Assembly (NCBI GenBank): GCA_045116675.1 | Contig: JBGUMF010000017.1 | Coordinates: 9,322-73,321 of the forward strand | DNA length: 64,000 nt | From: Bacteroidales bacterium | GTDB lineage: Bacteria; Bacteroidota; Bacteroidia; Bacteroidales; WCHB1-69 | Reading direction: 5' to 3' | Shown here: positions 24,828-34,171 of the stretch, piece by piece | Position numbering within the stretch: position 1 is the first letter of the stretch | Layout: every line of letters begins with the position of its first letter | Position numbers and translations under genes: made by a program | Notes under the pieces: model-generated | What the model saw: the letters and a program-made list of their open reading frames with translations, nothing else | Database searches by the model: none | Told to the model about the DNA's origin: nothing

Positions 24828-25961
24828 ATGAAAATCATCATTCTTGGGACAGCTTACCCCTACCGCGGCGGATTGTCGGCGTTTAACGAGCGACTGGCTT
24901 ACGAATATCAGAACCAGGGACACGAAGTGGAAATTTACACCTTCACTCATCAGTACCCGGATTTTCTGTTTCCGGGCAAGACGCAATACAGCACCGAACC
25001 CGCGCCCGAAGGACTTAAAATTGTGCGTAAAGTACACTCTTACAATCCGTTCAACTGGATTAAAGTCGGGCACGAAATCAAACGGAAAAAGCCCGACGTG
25101 ATGATCACCAAGTTCTGGCTGCCGTTCATGTCGCCCTGCTTCGGCACCATCGCGCGGATTGTGCGCAAGAACAGGCATACCAAGCTGATTTCCATTCTCG
25201 ACAACGTCATCCCGCATGAGCATCGCATCGGAGACAAGATGTTTGTGCGCTACTTCATCCGCCCTACCGACGGCTTCGTGGCTATGTCGAAGTCGGTGCT
25301 GGCGGATTTGCGACTCTTCACCCAAGACAAGCCCGCCGTTTTCTGTCCGCATCCGCTCTACGACCACTACGGGGAACGGCTGTCCCGAGATAAAGCCCTA
25401 TCGCTGCTTAATCTTAGTCCAGAGAATCGTTATGTGCTCTTTTTCGGCTTTATCCGCACCTACAAGGGACTGGATCTGTTGCTGGACGCTTTCGCCGACA
25501 AGCGGCTGAAAGAGGCCGGTGTGAAACTTTTGGTGGCGGGAGAGTTTTATGGTGATTCGGCACCTTATCTCAACAAAATCAAGGAGTTGGGCATTGAAGA
25601 CCGTGTCGTGCTCTGCACCGACTTCATCCCCGACAGCGAGGTAAACCGCTATTTCAGCGCGGCGGACATTGTGGCACAACCCTACAAGACCGCCACGCAG
25701 AGCGGCGTCACCCAAATCGCCTTCCACTTTGAGAAACCGATGTTGGTGACCAATGTAGGCGGCCTTGCCGAAATCGTGCCCGACGGCAAAATCGGCTATG
25801 TGACGGAACCCGATTCAAAGCAGATCGCTGATGCGCTGTGCCGTTTCTTCGCCGAAAACAAACAGGCGGAATTTGAGATGAATGTGGTGGAGGAAAAGAA
25901 GAAATACGCCTGGTCAGCCTTCACGGCGGCCATTGACAGCATTTTCGCTGTGTTAAAATAA
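24828..25961 (+). CDS. Glycosyltransferase family 4 (GT-B)
   Basis: It starts MKIIILGTAYPYRGGLSAFNE and has C-terminal EFYG...QPYKTATQSGV..IAFHFEKPMLVTNVGGLAE (the E-x7-E region). The ORF-track extension to 24585 runs through an AT-rich region and the promoter motif. Confidence 0.82.
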   Translation: MKIIILGTAYPYRGGLSAFNERLAYEYQNQGHEVEIYTFTHQYPDFLFPGKTQYSTEPAPEGLKIVRKVHSYNPFNWIKVGHEIKRKKPDVMITKFWLPFMSPCFGTIARIVRKNRHTKLISILDNVIPHEHRIGDKMFVRYFIRPTDGFVAMSKSVLADLRLFTQDKPAVFCPHPLYDHYGERLSRDKALSLLNLSPENRYVLFFGFIRTYKGLDLLLDAFADKRLKEAGVKLLVAGEFYGDSAPYLNKIKELGIEDRVVLCTDFIPDSEVNRYFSAADIVAQPYKTATQSGVTQIAFHFEKPMLVTNVGGLAEIVPDGKIGYVTEPDSKQIADALCRFFAENKQAEFEMNVVEEKKKYAWSAFTAAIDSIFAVLK

Positions 25962-25965
25962 ATGT

Positions 25966-25973
25966 TATCTTTG
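25966..25973 (+). promoter_or_regulatory. -7 promoter motif TATCTTTG upstream of hddA
   Basis: It lies 80 nt upstream of the ATG at 26053. Confidence 0.4.
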
Positions 25974-26052
25974 CATAAGGAATTTTCCATTTGAAAATTC
26001 CTATATTAACCTGATATCAAGTAAAATAATAATTTATTTGTAGATTTACGAT

Positions 26053-27075
26053 ATGATTATTCGCAGCAAAGCACCTCTCCGATTAGGCCTCGCCGGTGGC
26101 GGCACAGACGTGTCTCCATTCTCTGACATCTATGGAGGTGCCATCCTCAACGCCACGGTGAACATGTACGCCTACACCACACTCGAGCCGTTAGACAACG
26201 GCCAGATCATCTTTGAAAACCCTGCCAAGGAGGAACTTGGAGAAACCCATACGGCCACCGATGCACTGGTCCCGGAAGGATACTTCATCCTGCACAAAGG
26301 GGTCTATAACCGCATCGTCAAACAGTTCACGCACAAGCCCTTGTCGTTTAAGATCAGCACCTTCGTGGATGCGCCTCCCGGCTCCGGCTTAGGCACCTCC
26401 TCCACCCTAGTGGTATCCATCCTCGGTGCTTTTGTCGAGTGGCTGAAACTGCCCTTGGGCGAGTATGATATTGCCAAGCTGGCCTACGAGATCGAACGGG
26501 TGGATTTGCAGATGGCAGGCGGCAAACAGGACCAATATGCTGCCACCTTCGGCGGGTTCAACTACATGGAATTTATCGGTGACAACGTGATTGTCAATCC
26601 GTTACGCATCCGCCAACGCTACCTTGACGAGCTGGCACACAACCTCGTGCTCTACCACACGGCCACGAGCCACGTCTCGGCCAAGATTATCGAGGAACAG
26701 CAGAAGAACGTCAAGGAGAAGAAGCAGAAATCCATTGACGCGATGTTGGCCTTGAAAGAACAGGCCTTCCACATGAAGGAGGTGTTGCTGAAGGGTGATT
26801 TGGATGCCATCGGGCAGATATTGGATGAGGGCTGGAAGCACAAGAAACAGATGGCTGACAGCGTGTCCAACACATTCATTGACGAGGTGTACGAGGCGGC
26901 GCGGGCGGCTGGTGCCACGGGCGGCAAGATCTCTGGTGCGGGCGGCGGCGGCTTCATGTTCTTCTACTGCCCCTCCAACGCCCGCTATCGCGTCATTGAC
27001 CGTTTGGCGGAGTTCGGTGGCCAGTCGAAACGCTACGAATTTGTGACCGAAGGTCTGAAGACATGGACAATGTAA
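26053..27075 (+). CDS. hddA: GHMP-family sugar kinase, D-glycero-D-manno-heptose 7-phosphate kinase-like
   Basis: It has SKAPLRLGLAGGGTDV and the GHMP motif PPGSGLGTSS, and it neighbours gmhA and hddC. Confidence 0.75.
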   Translation: MIIRSKAPLRLGLAGGGTDVSPFSDIYGGAILNATVNMYAYTTLEPLDNGQIIFENPAKEELGETHTATDALVPEGYFILHKGVYNRIVKQFTHKPLSFKISTFVDAPPGSGLGTSSTLVVSILGAFVEWLKLPLGEYDIAKLAYEIERVDLQMAGGKQDQYAATFGGFNYMEFIGDNVIVNPLRIRQRYLDELAHNLVLYHTATSHVSAKIIEEQQKNVKEKKQKSIDAMLALKEQAFHMKEVLLKGDLDAIGQILDEGWKHKKQMADSVSNTFIDEVYEAARAAGATGGKISGAGGGGFMFFYCPSNARYRVIDRLAEFGGQSKRYEFVTEGLKTWTM

Positions 27076-27136
27076 GATTCCCCTTCTATGTAGAAGGGGT
27101 GCCCGCAGGGCGGGGTAGTAGAAAAAGACACGAATA

Positions 27137-27844
27137 ATGACAACAATAATACAAAAAGAAGCAATTATCTTAGCCGGCGGATTCGGCACACGGTTACAAG
27201 GCGTGGTCAAAGACCTGCCTAAACCGATGGCACCCGTCAACGGAAGGCCTTTTCTAACATATATTCTTGATTATCTGATAGATTTTCATTATTCGAGAGT
27301 GATTCTTTCCGTAGGTTATCTGCATGAGAAAATCGAAGAATATTTCGGGAATCATTACAAAAGTCTGGAAATAGATTATGCTGTGGAGACGGAGCCTCTT
27401 GGCACGGGTGGTGGCATTCTCTTTGCCATGTCAAAATGCACAACAGACGATGTGCTGATAATCAATGGAGATACGATGTTTAAGGTGGATTTGGATGCAT
27501 TTGAACGGTTCTATCGTGAAAAGGGTGGTCTTCTGTCCATTGTGTTGCGTGAAGTGGATGATGTGTCGCGATATGGCAGTGTGCTTATTGGTGACAACAA
27601 CCTGATTGTGCTCTTTTCGGAAAAAGAATCATCAGAAGGTAGCGGCCTTATTAACGGAGGTGTTTATCTCATCAACAGAAAATTGTTCGACAAATACCCC
27701 CAGCCGACGAAATTCTCGTTCGAAAAGGATCTGATGACCCGATATTACACAAAAGAGTTGTTTTTCGGGATGCCTTCCAGCGGTTATTTTATTGATATTG
27801 GCATTCCCAAAGATTACGCCCGGGCGCAGAATGAACTGTCGTAA
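27137..27844 (+). CDS. hddC: Sugar-1-phosphate nucleotidyltransferase, heptose 1-phosphate guanylyltransferase-like
   Basis: AIILAGGFGTRLQ...LPKPMAPV is the NTP-transferase signature. The call also rests on context with hddA and gmhA. Confidence 0.72.
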   Translation: MTTIIQKEAIILAGGFGTRLQGVVKDLPKPMAPVNGRPFLTYILDYLIDFHYSRVILSVGYLHEKIEEYFGNHYKSLEIDYAVETEPLGTGGGILFAMSKCTTDDVLIINGDTMFKVDLDAFERFYREKGGLLSIVLREVDDVSRYGSVLIGDNNLIVLFSEKESSEGSGLINGGVYLINRKLFDKYPQPTKFSFEKDLMTRYYTKELFFGMPSSGYFIDIGIPKDYARAQNELS

Positions 27845-27880
27845 CATTTTATAGATAAATCATTAACTCAAAATAGTATC

Positions 27881-28468
27881 ATGACAAATACTCGTATTCC
27901 CCAATCCATCCAGCAGTCCATTGCCGCGAAGCAGGCGGTTCTTGATAACCCCGAATTTCTGGAGCGCATCCAGCAGGCGGCTGACATGATTGTCGTCTCC
28001 CTGCGCGGCGGCGGTAAGATACATTTCTGCGGCAACGGAGGCAGCGCCGCCGACGCGCAGCACCTCGCCGCCGAACTCTCCGGACGCTTCTACTTCGACC
28101 GTCCGCCCCTCAACGCCGATGCCCTCCACTGCAACACCTCCTACCTCACCGCCGTGGGCAACGATTACGGCTACGACCTCATCTTCTCGCGCCTCCTGCG
28201 CGGCACCGCCAAGGCCGGCGACGTCATCGTGGGCATCTCCACCTCGGGCAATTCCAAGAACATCCTAAAAGCTTACGAGGTAGCTCAAGAGATGGGCGTG
28301 AAAATCATCGCCATGACCGGCGAGACCGGCGGCCTGATGAAAGACTATGCCGACATCCTGCTCAATGTGCCGTCAAAGGACACGCCACGCATCCAGGAAA
28401 GCCACATTATGATTGGCCACATCATCTGCGAACTTGTGGAAACCGCTATGTTCGGCGAAAAACGATAG
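27881..28468 (+). CDS. gmhA: D-sedoheptulose 7-phosphate isomerase (SIS domain)
   Basis: It has GNGGSAADAQHLAAEL, GISTSGNS and the C-terminal QESHIMIGHIICE. Confidence 0.88.
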   Translation: MTNTRIPQSIQQSIAAKQAVLDNPEFLERIQQAADMIVVSLRGGGKIHFCGNGGSAADAQHLAAELSGRFYFDRPPLNADALHCNTSYLTAVGNDYGYDLIFSRLLRGTAKAGDVIVGISTSGNSKNILKAYEVAQEMGVKIIAMTGETGGLMKDYADILLNVPSKDTPRIQESHIMIGHIICELVETAMFGEKR

Positions 28469-28527
28469 GCTTTTCCCAAATCTTATCATTTTATCTATTT
28501 TCGCCGACAATTTTGGCAGATTTTTAC

Positions 28528-28535
28528 TATTTTTG
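28528..28535 (+). promoter_or_regulatory. -7 promoter motif TATTTTTG
   Basis: It lies about 60 nt upstream of the ATG at 28594. Confidence 0.4.
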
Positions 28536-28593
28536 CCGTGCGAATCCCGTTTCAGTAGGTTGAAAAGTCCGAATCCCTAAATCCTTTGCCATT

Positions 28594-29217
28594 ATGTACA
28601 TGAACGAATCCCTTTTCAAAGACTTTTTAAGTGACAGGGAGATACTATGGCTGGGCATCAACTTCTCGCAGGCGAAATTCACACGCCAAGGGCTGGATTT
28701 TTCTCAGGAGATTATGCAGCATTATTTTCAGGACTGGAACAGGCTGATTCTCAACGACCAGAAAAAATACGACATCCGCATGAGCTTCCGCAAGCCCATC
28801 ATGCAGTACGATTTGTCGCTGGTGACCAAAATCAACAAGACTGCCAAGGCCTCCAACATTCTGGTGTCGAATCTGGGTCTTAAGGATATGCTGAATGAGG
28901 ATATGCTCCGCAAGTATGTCGCCCAATATTCGTTCCCCATGACGCTCCGGTTCGCCCTCATTTTCGTGGTGGAGTCGTTCGACTCCATGGCCAAGACGGC
29001 CTCCATCTGGGTCATCATTCTCCAAACCGCTGATTCGGAAGTGGTGCTGTGCGAGAAATTCATGAAGACGCCCGGCGGCTTTGGAGCCCGGAACTATTGG
29101 GCCAGAACCTTCTACAACCTCCTTTTCGATATCAAGAACCACGACTATCTCCGTTGGGAGAACATGGTCAAGGAACAGGAACTCCAACATACGGACATCA
29201 TTAATCCTATAATCTGA
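28594..29217 (+). CDS. Hypothetical cytoplasmic protein (207 aa) embedded in the heptose locus
   Basis: The ORF has coding-like composition and its own promoter motif. I recognise no motif. Confidence 0.55.
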   Translation: MYMNESLFKDFLSDREILWLGINFSQAKFTRQGLDFSQEIMQHYFQDWNRLILNDQKKYDIRMSFRKPIMQYDLSLVTKINKTAKASNILVSNLGLKDMLNEDMLRKYVAQYSFPMTLRFALIFVVESFDSMAKTASIWVIILQTADSEVVLCEKFMKTPGGFGARNYWARTFYNLLFDIKNHDYLRWENMVKEQELQHTDIINPII

Positions 29218-29226
29218 TTTTTCAAT

Positions 29227-30570
29227 ATGGGTGCATTCAAAGCATACGACTTCCGCGGAATCTTCGGCCGGGATTTCGATTTGGACACAGTGTATAAATT
29301 CGGCTATTTTCTCCCATCGCTTTTAAAAACGGACAAGGTGCTCGTCGGGCGCGACATGCGCACCACCTCGCCGCAGATGTTCGAGGCCCTCTCCCGGGGC
29401 ATCACCGATGCCGGTGCCGATGTCTATGACATGGGGCTGACCACGACACCGATGGTCTATTACTTCACCGCCCAGCACCATTTTGATGCTTCGGTGATGA
29501 TTACGGCATCCCATAACCCCAAGGACCACAATGGATTAAAGGTCTCGACCACCAACGCTCTGCCCGTGGGCTTTGATTCGGGTCTTGGCGAGCTGGAGCG
29601 CCGCGTGAAGGAAGAACCCGTGACGCCCGCCGCCACGAAGGGACGCATCATACCCCACGAAGTGAAGGACGAATACCTTGCCTTCCAAGCCCATTACCAC
29701 CATGACATCTCCAATCTCAACATCGTCATGGATTGCAGCAACGGCATGGCCGCCATTTTGGTGAAAGAGATTTTCGGCAATGCTCCCACCTATCTGTTCG
29801 ACACCCTCGACGGCACTTTCCCGAACCATGAAGCCAACCCGTTGGAACTGGAAAATGTGCTGCCCCTAAGTGAAAAGGTACGGGAAACGCACGCCGACAT
29901 TGGGGTTATCTTTGACGGCGACGCCGACCGTGTGATGTTCGTGGACGAGCACGGCGACTTCATCCCTCCCGACCTGATGATTGCTGTTTTGGGGCATTAT
30001 TTCATAAAAGAGAAAAACTATGCCGGCAAGGTCATACAGGACATCCGTACCTCAAAATCCGTTTCCGAATATATTGCCAGGATGGGCCGCGAGGTCGAAA
30101 TCTGGCGCGTGGGACGTGCCTACGCCGCGCTGAAGCTGCGCGAGATTGACGGCGCCTTCGGCGGAGAGTTCGCCGGCCACTACTATTTCCGCGACTTCTT
30201 CTACTCCGACTCCGCCATGATTGCTGCTCAGGTGCTGCTCCACGTCTTCAGCGACATGAAGCGACAGGGCATCTCCGTGTCACAGCTCATCCGGCAAATC
30301 AAACAATATGCCAACTCCGGCGAAATCAATTTCACTATCCAGGATAAGAAAGGAGCCATGGAAGCCGTGCGCGAACATTTCTGCGCTATAGAGGAACCCA
30401 CCACCTTGATGGACTTTGACGGCTACCGTATCGAGTTCCGCGATTGGTGGTTCAACATACGTCCTTCCAACACGGAACCCTATCTGCGCCTCCTTATGGA
30501 AGCCCGCACCCCTGAGATGCTTCAGGAGAAACTCCGCGAGATGGAAGCCGTACTTAATCCATACCAATAA
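29227..30570 (+). CDS. Phosphomannomutase/phosphoglucomutase-family phosphohexomutase
   Basis: It has the active-site loop TASHNP, the metal loop FDGDADR, and a C-terminal RPSNTEP. Confidence 0.88.
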   Translation: MGAFKAYDFRGIFGRDFDLDTVYKFGYFLPSLLKTDKVLVGRDMRTTSPQMFEALSRGITDAGADVYDMGLTTTPMVYYFTAQHHFDASVMITASHNPKDHNGLKVSTTNALPVGFDSGLGELERRVKEEPVTPAATKGRIIPHEVKDEYLAFQAHYHHDISNLNIVMDCSNGMAAILVKEIFGNAPTYLFDTLDGTFPNHEANPLELENVLPLSEKVRETHADIGVIFDGDADRVMFVDEHGDFIPPDLMIAVLGHYFIKEKNYAGKVIQDIRTSKSVSEYIARMGREVEIWRVGRAYAALKLREIDGAFGGEFAGHYYFRDFFYSDSAMIAAQVLLHVFSDMKRQGISVSQLIRQIKQYANSGEINFTIQDKKGAMEAVREHFCAIEEPTTLMDFDGYRIEFRDWWFNIRPSNTEPYLRLLMEARTPEMLQEKLREMEAVLNPYQ

Positions 30571-30602
30571 TGTAATTGTATAATTCGCCGCCACCAAATC
30601 CA

Positions 30603-31919
30603 ATGTTCGACAAAATCCTCAACACCTTCCTGACACGTGTCGTTTCCATGCTGATGATGTTCCTCGTGGTCATCATCAACACCAACACGTTCGGGGCGGA
30701 GGGTACTGGCACCATCGCGCTGGTTATCCTCGGTCTCACCCTGCTGCAGGTATTGTCGAATTTCGTGGGTGGAACATCCTTGGTCTTCCTCACTCCCCAG
30801 AAAAACATCTTCCAGCTGCTCTTCCTTTCCTACCTTTGGGCGATTGTCAGCAATCTGGGCGGCATCACCCTTTTGTACCATTTCAGGCTCATTCCCACCG
30901 AATATACGTTACATCTGCTGGCTATTACGTTGGTTTATAGTGTTTTCTATATTCATACCGGCATTATGCAGGGACGGGAGGATATCAAGCAATTCAATAT
31001 GCTCCAGCTGACGCAGGTGCTACTGCTTATTCTTTTCCTCAGTGCCGCCATTCTGATCAGTCGTGCCTGCGGACATTTGCCAGTGGTGGATCTATATCTG
31101 TATGCCTTCCTGTTTTCCTATCTGGTGCCCACGATTATCAGCTGTTTCTACATCGCCCGCCATGTCGGGAAACCCTGTTTCGACGGGATGGGCGGTTTGC
31201 TGGCTGAGATGCTGAAGCTTGGCTTCTGGACCCAAATCGCCAACCTGACGCAGTTGCTGACCTACCGGCTCAATTATTACCTTATTGAAGGGTTTGTTGG
31301 GCGTAAATCGTTGGGTCTGTATGAGTTGGGTACGCGCATTTCGGAAGCGGTATGGATTTTTCCCAAGAGTATATGTCTGGTGCAATATGCTCGCATTTCC
31401 AACAACCACGAACACGAATACGCCAAGAATCTGACTCTTGGTTTGTTCAAAATCGTGTTTGTGTTCTCCATGCTGGCTGTATTGGTCCTTTGGGCACTGC
31501 CGGCCAGCTTCATCGCCTGGGTGTTCGGGCCGGAGTTCGCTGCTTCCAAGCCCGTCATCTGCAGTTTGTTGCCAGGTGTGGTCTTTTTAGCCTGCATGTC
31601 GGTATTGTCGCACCATTTTGCCGGCTATGGGAAATACTGGATTAATGCGGTGGGCTCTCTTATCGGGCTGGCTGTCACGGCGGCGTTGGGATTCACATGG
31701 TTGCCCGCTGCCGCGCACGCGGGTGCGCCCGAGGCCCTGCGCACCGCCGGCTGGATATCCTCCGCCGCCTATTTCGCCTCCTTTGTCTTCACGCTCATCT
31801 GCTTTGTCTGCCACACTTCCGCCACAGGGCGCGATTTCCTCATCACCCGCGCCGACTGGCTTCTTTTGAAAAATATCGTTCACGAAAAACTGTCCGCATA
31901 CCGTACTCGTAAGAAATGA
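30603..31919 (+). CDS. Oligosaccharide flippase (Wzx/MOP family)
   Basis: The protein is polytopic, with about 12 or more helices. The listed TTG at 30576 is replaced by the ATG at 30603. Confidence 0.72.
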   Translation: MFDKILNTFLTRVVSMLMMFLVVIINTNTFGAEGTGTIALVILGLTLLQVLSNFVGGTSLVFLTPQKNIFQLLFLSYLWAIVSNLGGITLLYHFRLIPTEYTLHLLAITLVYSVFYIHTGIMQGREDIKQFNMLQLTQVLLLILFLSAAILISRACGHLPVVDLYLYAFLFSYLVPTIISCFYIARHVGKPCFDGMGGLLAEMLKLGFWTQIANLTQLLTYRLNYYLIEGFVGRKSLGLYELGTRISEAVWIFPKSICLVQYARISNNHEHEYAKNLTLGLFKIVFVFSMLAVLVLWALPASFIAWVFGPEFAASKPVICSLLPGVVFLACMSVLSHHFAGYGKYWINAVGSLIGLAVTAALGFTWLPAAAHAGAPEALRTAGWISSAAYFASFVFTLICFVCHTSATGRDFLITRADWLLLKNIVHEKLSAYRTRKK

Positions 31920-33097
31920 TTATCCTGCATATCCCTTCCTGGTTCCCTAATCCGCAGAAGCCGTTGGATGGCAACTTCATCCTCCGGCATATTGCTGCCG
32001 TGGCTCCGCACACGCGTTCCATCGTGCTGCATCATACGGAGCAGGCTTTTAAGGAAAAATTGGATCCCCTTATAGATGATGCGGCGATTTTCTATCCTAT
32101 AAATAACGTCTTCAAACATTGCAAATGGTCGCTTTTCCGCGCTTATGACAAGGCTTTCCGCAACATCGTGCGCCAGTATGGGAAGCCGGACATCATCCAT
32201 CTGCATGTGGCGTTGCCGATGGGACCTTTGTCCGCCTGGCTCAGCATCCGGTATCGTATCCCATTGATTATCAGTGAGCACTGGTCTGTCTATCAGCCGC
32301 AAAACCGTCATCAGCTCACAGTCCTCCAACGTCTGCAGCTATGGTTTACCTACCGTCGAGCTGCTTTGCTCACCACGGTGTCGGAAGATTTGCACCATGC
32401 TGTTCTGGATACTGTGCGCATTGCCCGGAAGGTGCCTTGGCAGCATGTCAACAATGTGGTGGACACGGATTTGTTTAAGCCGACTCCCTCCTTGTTGCCT
32501 GATGACGACAAGCAGCATATTCTGCATGTCTCCTCGTTAGAAGATGCCTCCAAGAACATTATGGGCATCCTGCGTGCCGTGCGCAAGTTGCGCGACATAC
32601 GCCAGGATTTCGTGCTTGACATCATCCACGATCTTCGTAATGTTGAGGTGGAGCGTTTTATAGAGGAGTATAAAATGGGGGATTATGTGAGATTGTTGGG
32701 TAAAATGGATAGTGCCGGTGTGGCGGAGCATGTCCGTCGGGCTGCATTCATGCTGCAGTTCTCCAATTACGAAAACCAGCCTTGCGTGTTGGTTGAGGCC
32801 TTTGCCAGCGGCAAGCCGGTGTTGGCCACGCGCGCGGGCGGCATCCCTGAAATCGTAATCCCGTCCCGCGGGCGGTTAGTCGCCCCGAAGGATGAGAACG
32901 GTCTTCTGGATCAGCTTCAGTATATGCTGGATCACCGCTGCGATTTCGACGGTGCCGCCATCCGTGATTATGCGGTGCGCAACTTCAGTGTCCGGCATAT
33001 CGGTCAGGCCTTATACAATATATATGGTATGGTTCTGGGACAGGATTGTACAGAAACACCTTCTGAGGAGGCTACTCCTCCGTCGGGCGGCTGCTGA
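31916..33097 (+). CDS. Glycosyltransferase family 4 (GT-B)
   Basis: The C-terminal region is SNYENQPCVLVEAFASGKPVLATRAGGIPEIV. It has an ATGA overlap with the flippase. Its 3' end overlaps the convergent rluD by 26 nt. Confidence 0.8.
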   Translation: MIILHIPSWFPNPQKPLDGNFILRHIAAVAPHTRSIVLHHTEQAFKEKLDPLIDDAAIFYPINNVFKHCKWSLFRAYDKAFRNIVRQYGKPDIIHLHVALPMGPLSAWLSIRYRIPLIISEHWSVYQPQNRHQLTVLQRLQLWFTYRRAALLTTVSEDLHHAVLDTVRIARKVPWQHVNNVVDTDLFKPTPSLLPDDDKQHILHVSSLEDASKNIMGILRAVRKLRDIRQDFVLDIIHDLRNVEVERFIEEYKMGDYVRLLGKMDSAGVAEHVRRAAFMLQFSNYENQPCVLVEAFASGKPVLATRAGGIPEIVIPSRGRLVAPKDENGLLDQLQYMLDHRCDFDGAAIRDYAVRNFSVRHIGQALYNIYGMVLGQDCTETPSEEATPPSGGC

Positions 33098-34130
33098 CGT
33101 AGTCGCGCCACTTGTCCACCACCGCTTGGAAATCCGCCGGCAACTCGGATTCAAACAGCATATATTCGCCTTTGGTAGGGTGCTTGAAGCCGATGGACTT
33201 GGCATGGAGCGCCTGCCGTGGCATCAGCGCGAAGCAGTTGCGGATAAACTGTTGGTATTTGGAGAATGTGGTCCCTTTCAGGATGCGGTGCCCGCCGTAC
33301 GACTCGTCGTTGAAGAGCGGATGGCCGATATGTTGCATGTGCACGCGTATCTGGTGCGTGCGGCCTGTCTCCAACTGGCACTCCACCAGCGTCACGTAGC
33401 CGAAGCGCTCAAGCACACGCCAATGGGTGACGGCGTGTTTGCCGCGCTCGTCATCTTCCGGAAAGACGGTCATGATCATACGGTCTTTGGGATGGCGGCC
33501 CACGTTGCCCACGATAGTGCCCTCGTCCTCGTCGAAATCGCCCCATACCAGTGCCCAGTACTTCCGTTCAAGGTCGTGGTTGAAGAAGACCTTGGCCAAA
33601 CGCATCTGGGCCAGCTCATTTTTTGTTACCACCATAAGGCCGGAGGTGTTCTTGTCGATGCGGTGCACCAGCAGGGGCTTCACGGGCGTGCCGTCAGCCT
33701 GCAGCTGGTCCCGGAAATAGTAGCATAGTGCGTTGACCAGCGTGCCGGTGTAGTTGCCGAAGGCGGGATGCACCACCATGCCGGGCTCCTTGTTCACAAT
33801 CACAAAGTCGTCGTCCTCGTATATGATGTTGACGGGTATGTCCTCCGGATAGACCTCCGTGTCGCGGGGTGGGCTGGGCATCAGGATGGAGATCACATCG
33901 TTGGGATGCACCTTGTAGTTCTGCCGCTCGGGCTTGCCGTTCACCAGGATGCAGCCGGCTTTCGCCGCCTGCTGGATCTTGTTGCGCGAGGTGTTGCGGA
34001 TGAGGTTGAACAGATATTTGTCGATACGGAGCAACTCCGTGCCGGGATCGACCACGAAACGGTAATGCTCGTATAGGACGTCTTTCGAGTTGTTTTCTTC
34101 TAATTCGATATTGTTAGTTTCCTCTTCCAT
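33072..34130 (-). CDS. rluD: RluA-family 23S rRNA pseudouridine synthase (RluD-like) with an S4 domain
   Basis: It has an S4-like N-terminus (RIDKYL...SRNKIQQAAKAGCILVNG), the catalytic HRIDKNTSGLMV, and GRTHQIRVHM. Confidence 0.88.
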   Translation of the reverse strand: MEEETNNIELEENNSKDVLYEHYRFVVDPGTELLRIDKYLFNLIRNTSRNKIQQAAKAGCILVNGKPERQNYKVHPNDVISILMPSPPRDTEVYPEDIPVNIIYEDDDFVIVNKEPGMVVHPAFGNYTGTLVNALCYYFRDQLQADGTPVKPLLVHRIDKNTSGLMVVTKNELAQMRLAKVFFNHDLERKYWALVWGDFDEDEGTIVGNVGRHPKDRMIMTVFPEDDERGKHAVTHWRVLERFGYVTLVECQLETGRTHQIRVHMQHIGHPLFNDESYGGHRILKGTTFSKYQQFIRNCFALMPRQALHAKSIGFKHPTKGEYMLFESELPADFQAVVDKWRDYVSSRPTEE

Positions 34131-34144
34131 AAGAAAATGCTAAA

Positions 34145-34165
34145 CCCTGAACCCTGTTCCCTGTT
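34145..34165 (+). repeat. Three in-phase heptads: ccctgaa ccctgtt ccctgtt
   Basis: Read directly from the sequence, in the 41-nt spacer between two minus-strand genes. Confidence 0.6.
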
Positions 34166-34171
34166 TCCTAA

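Noticed and set aside
28541-28593. Two cgaatcc strings reminiscent of a tRNA T-loop
   Set aside because: There is no GGTTC context, acceptor stem or anticodon arm. The region contains the promoter motif for the next gene.
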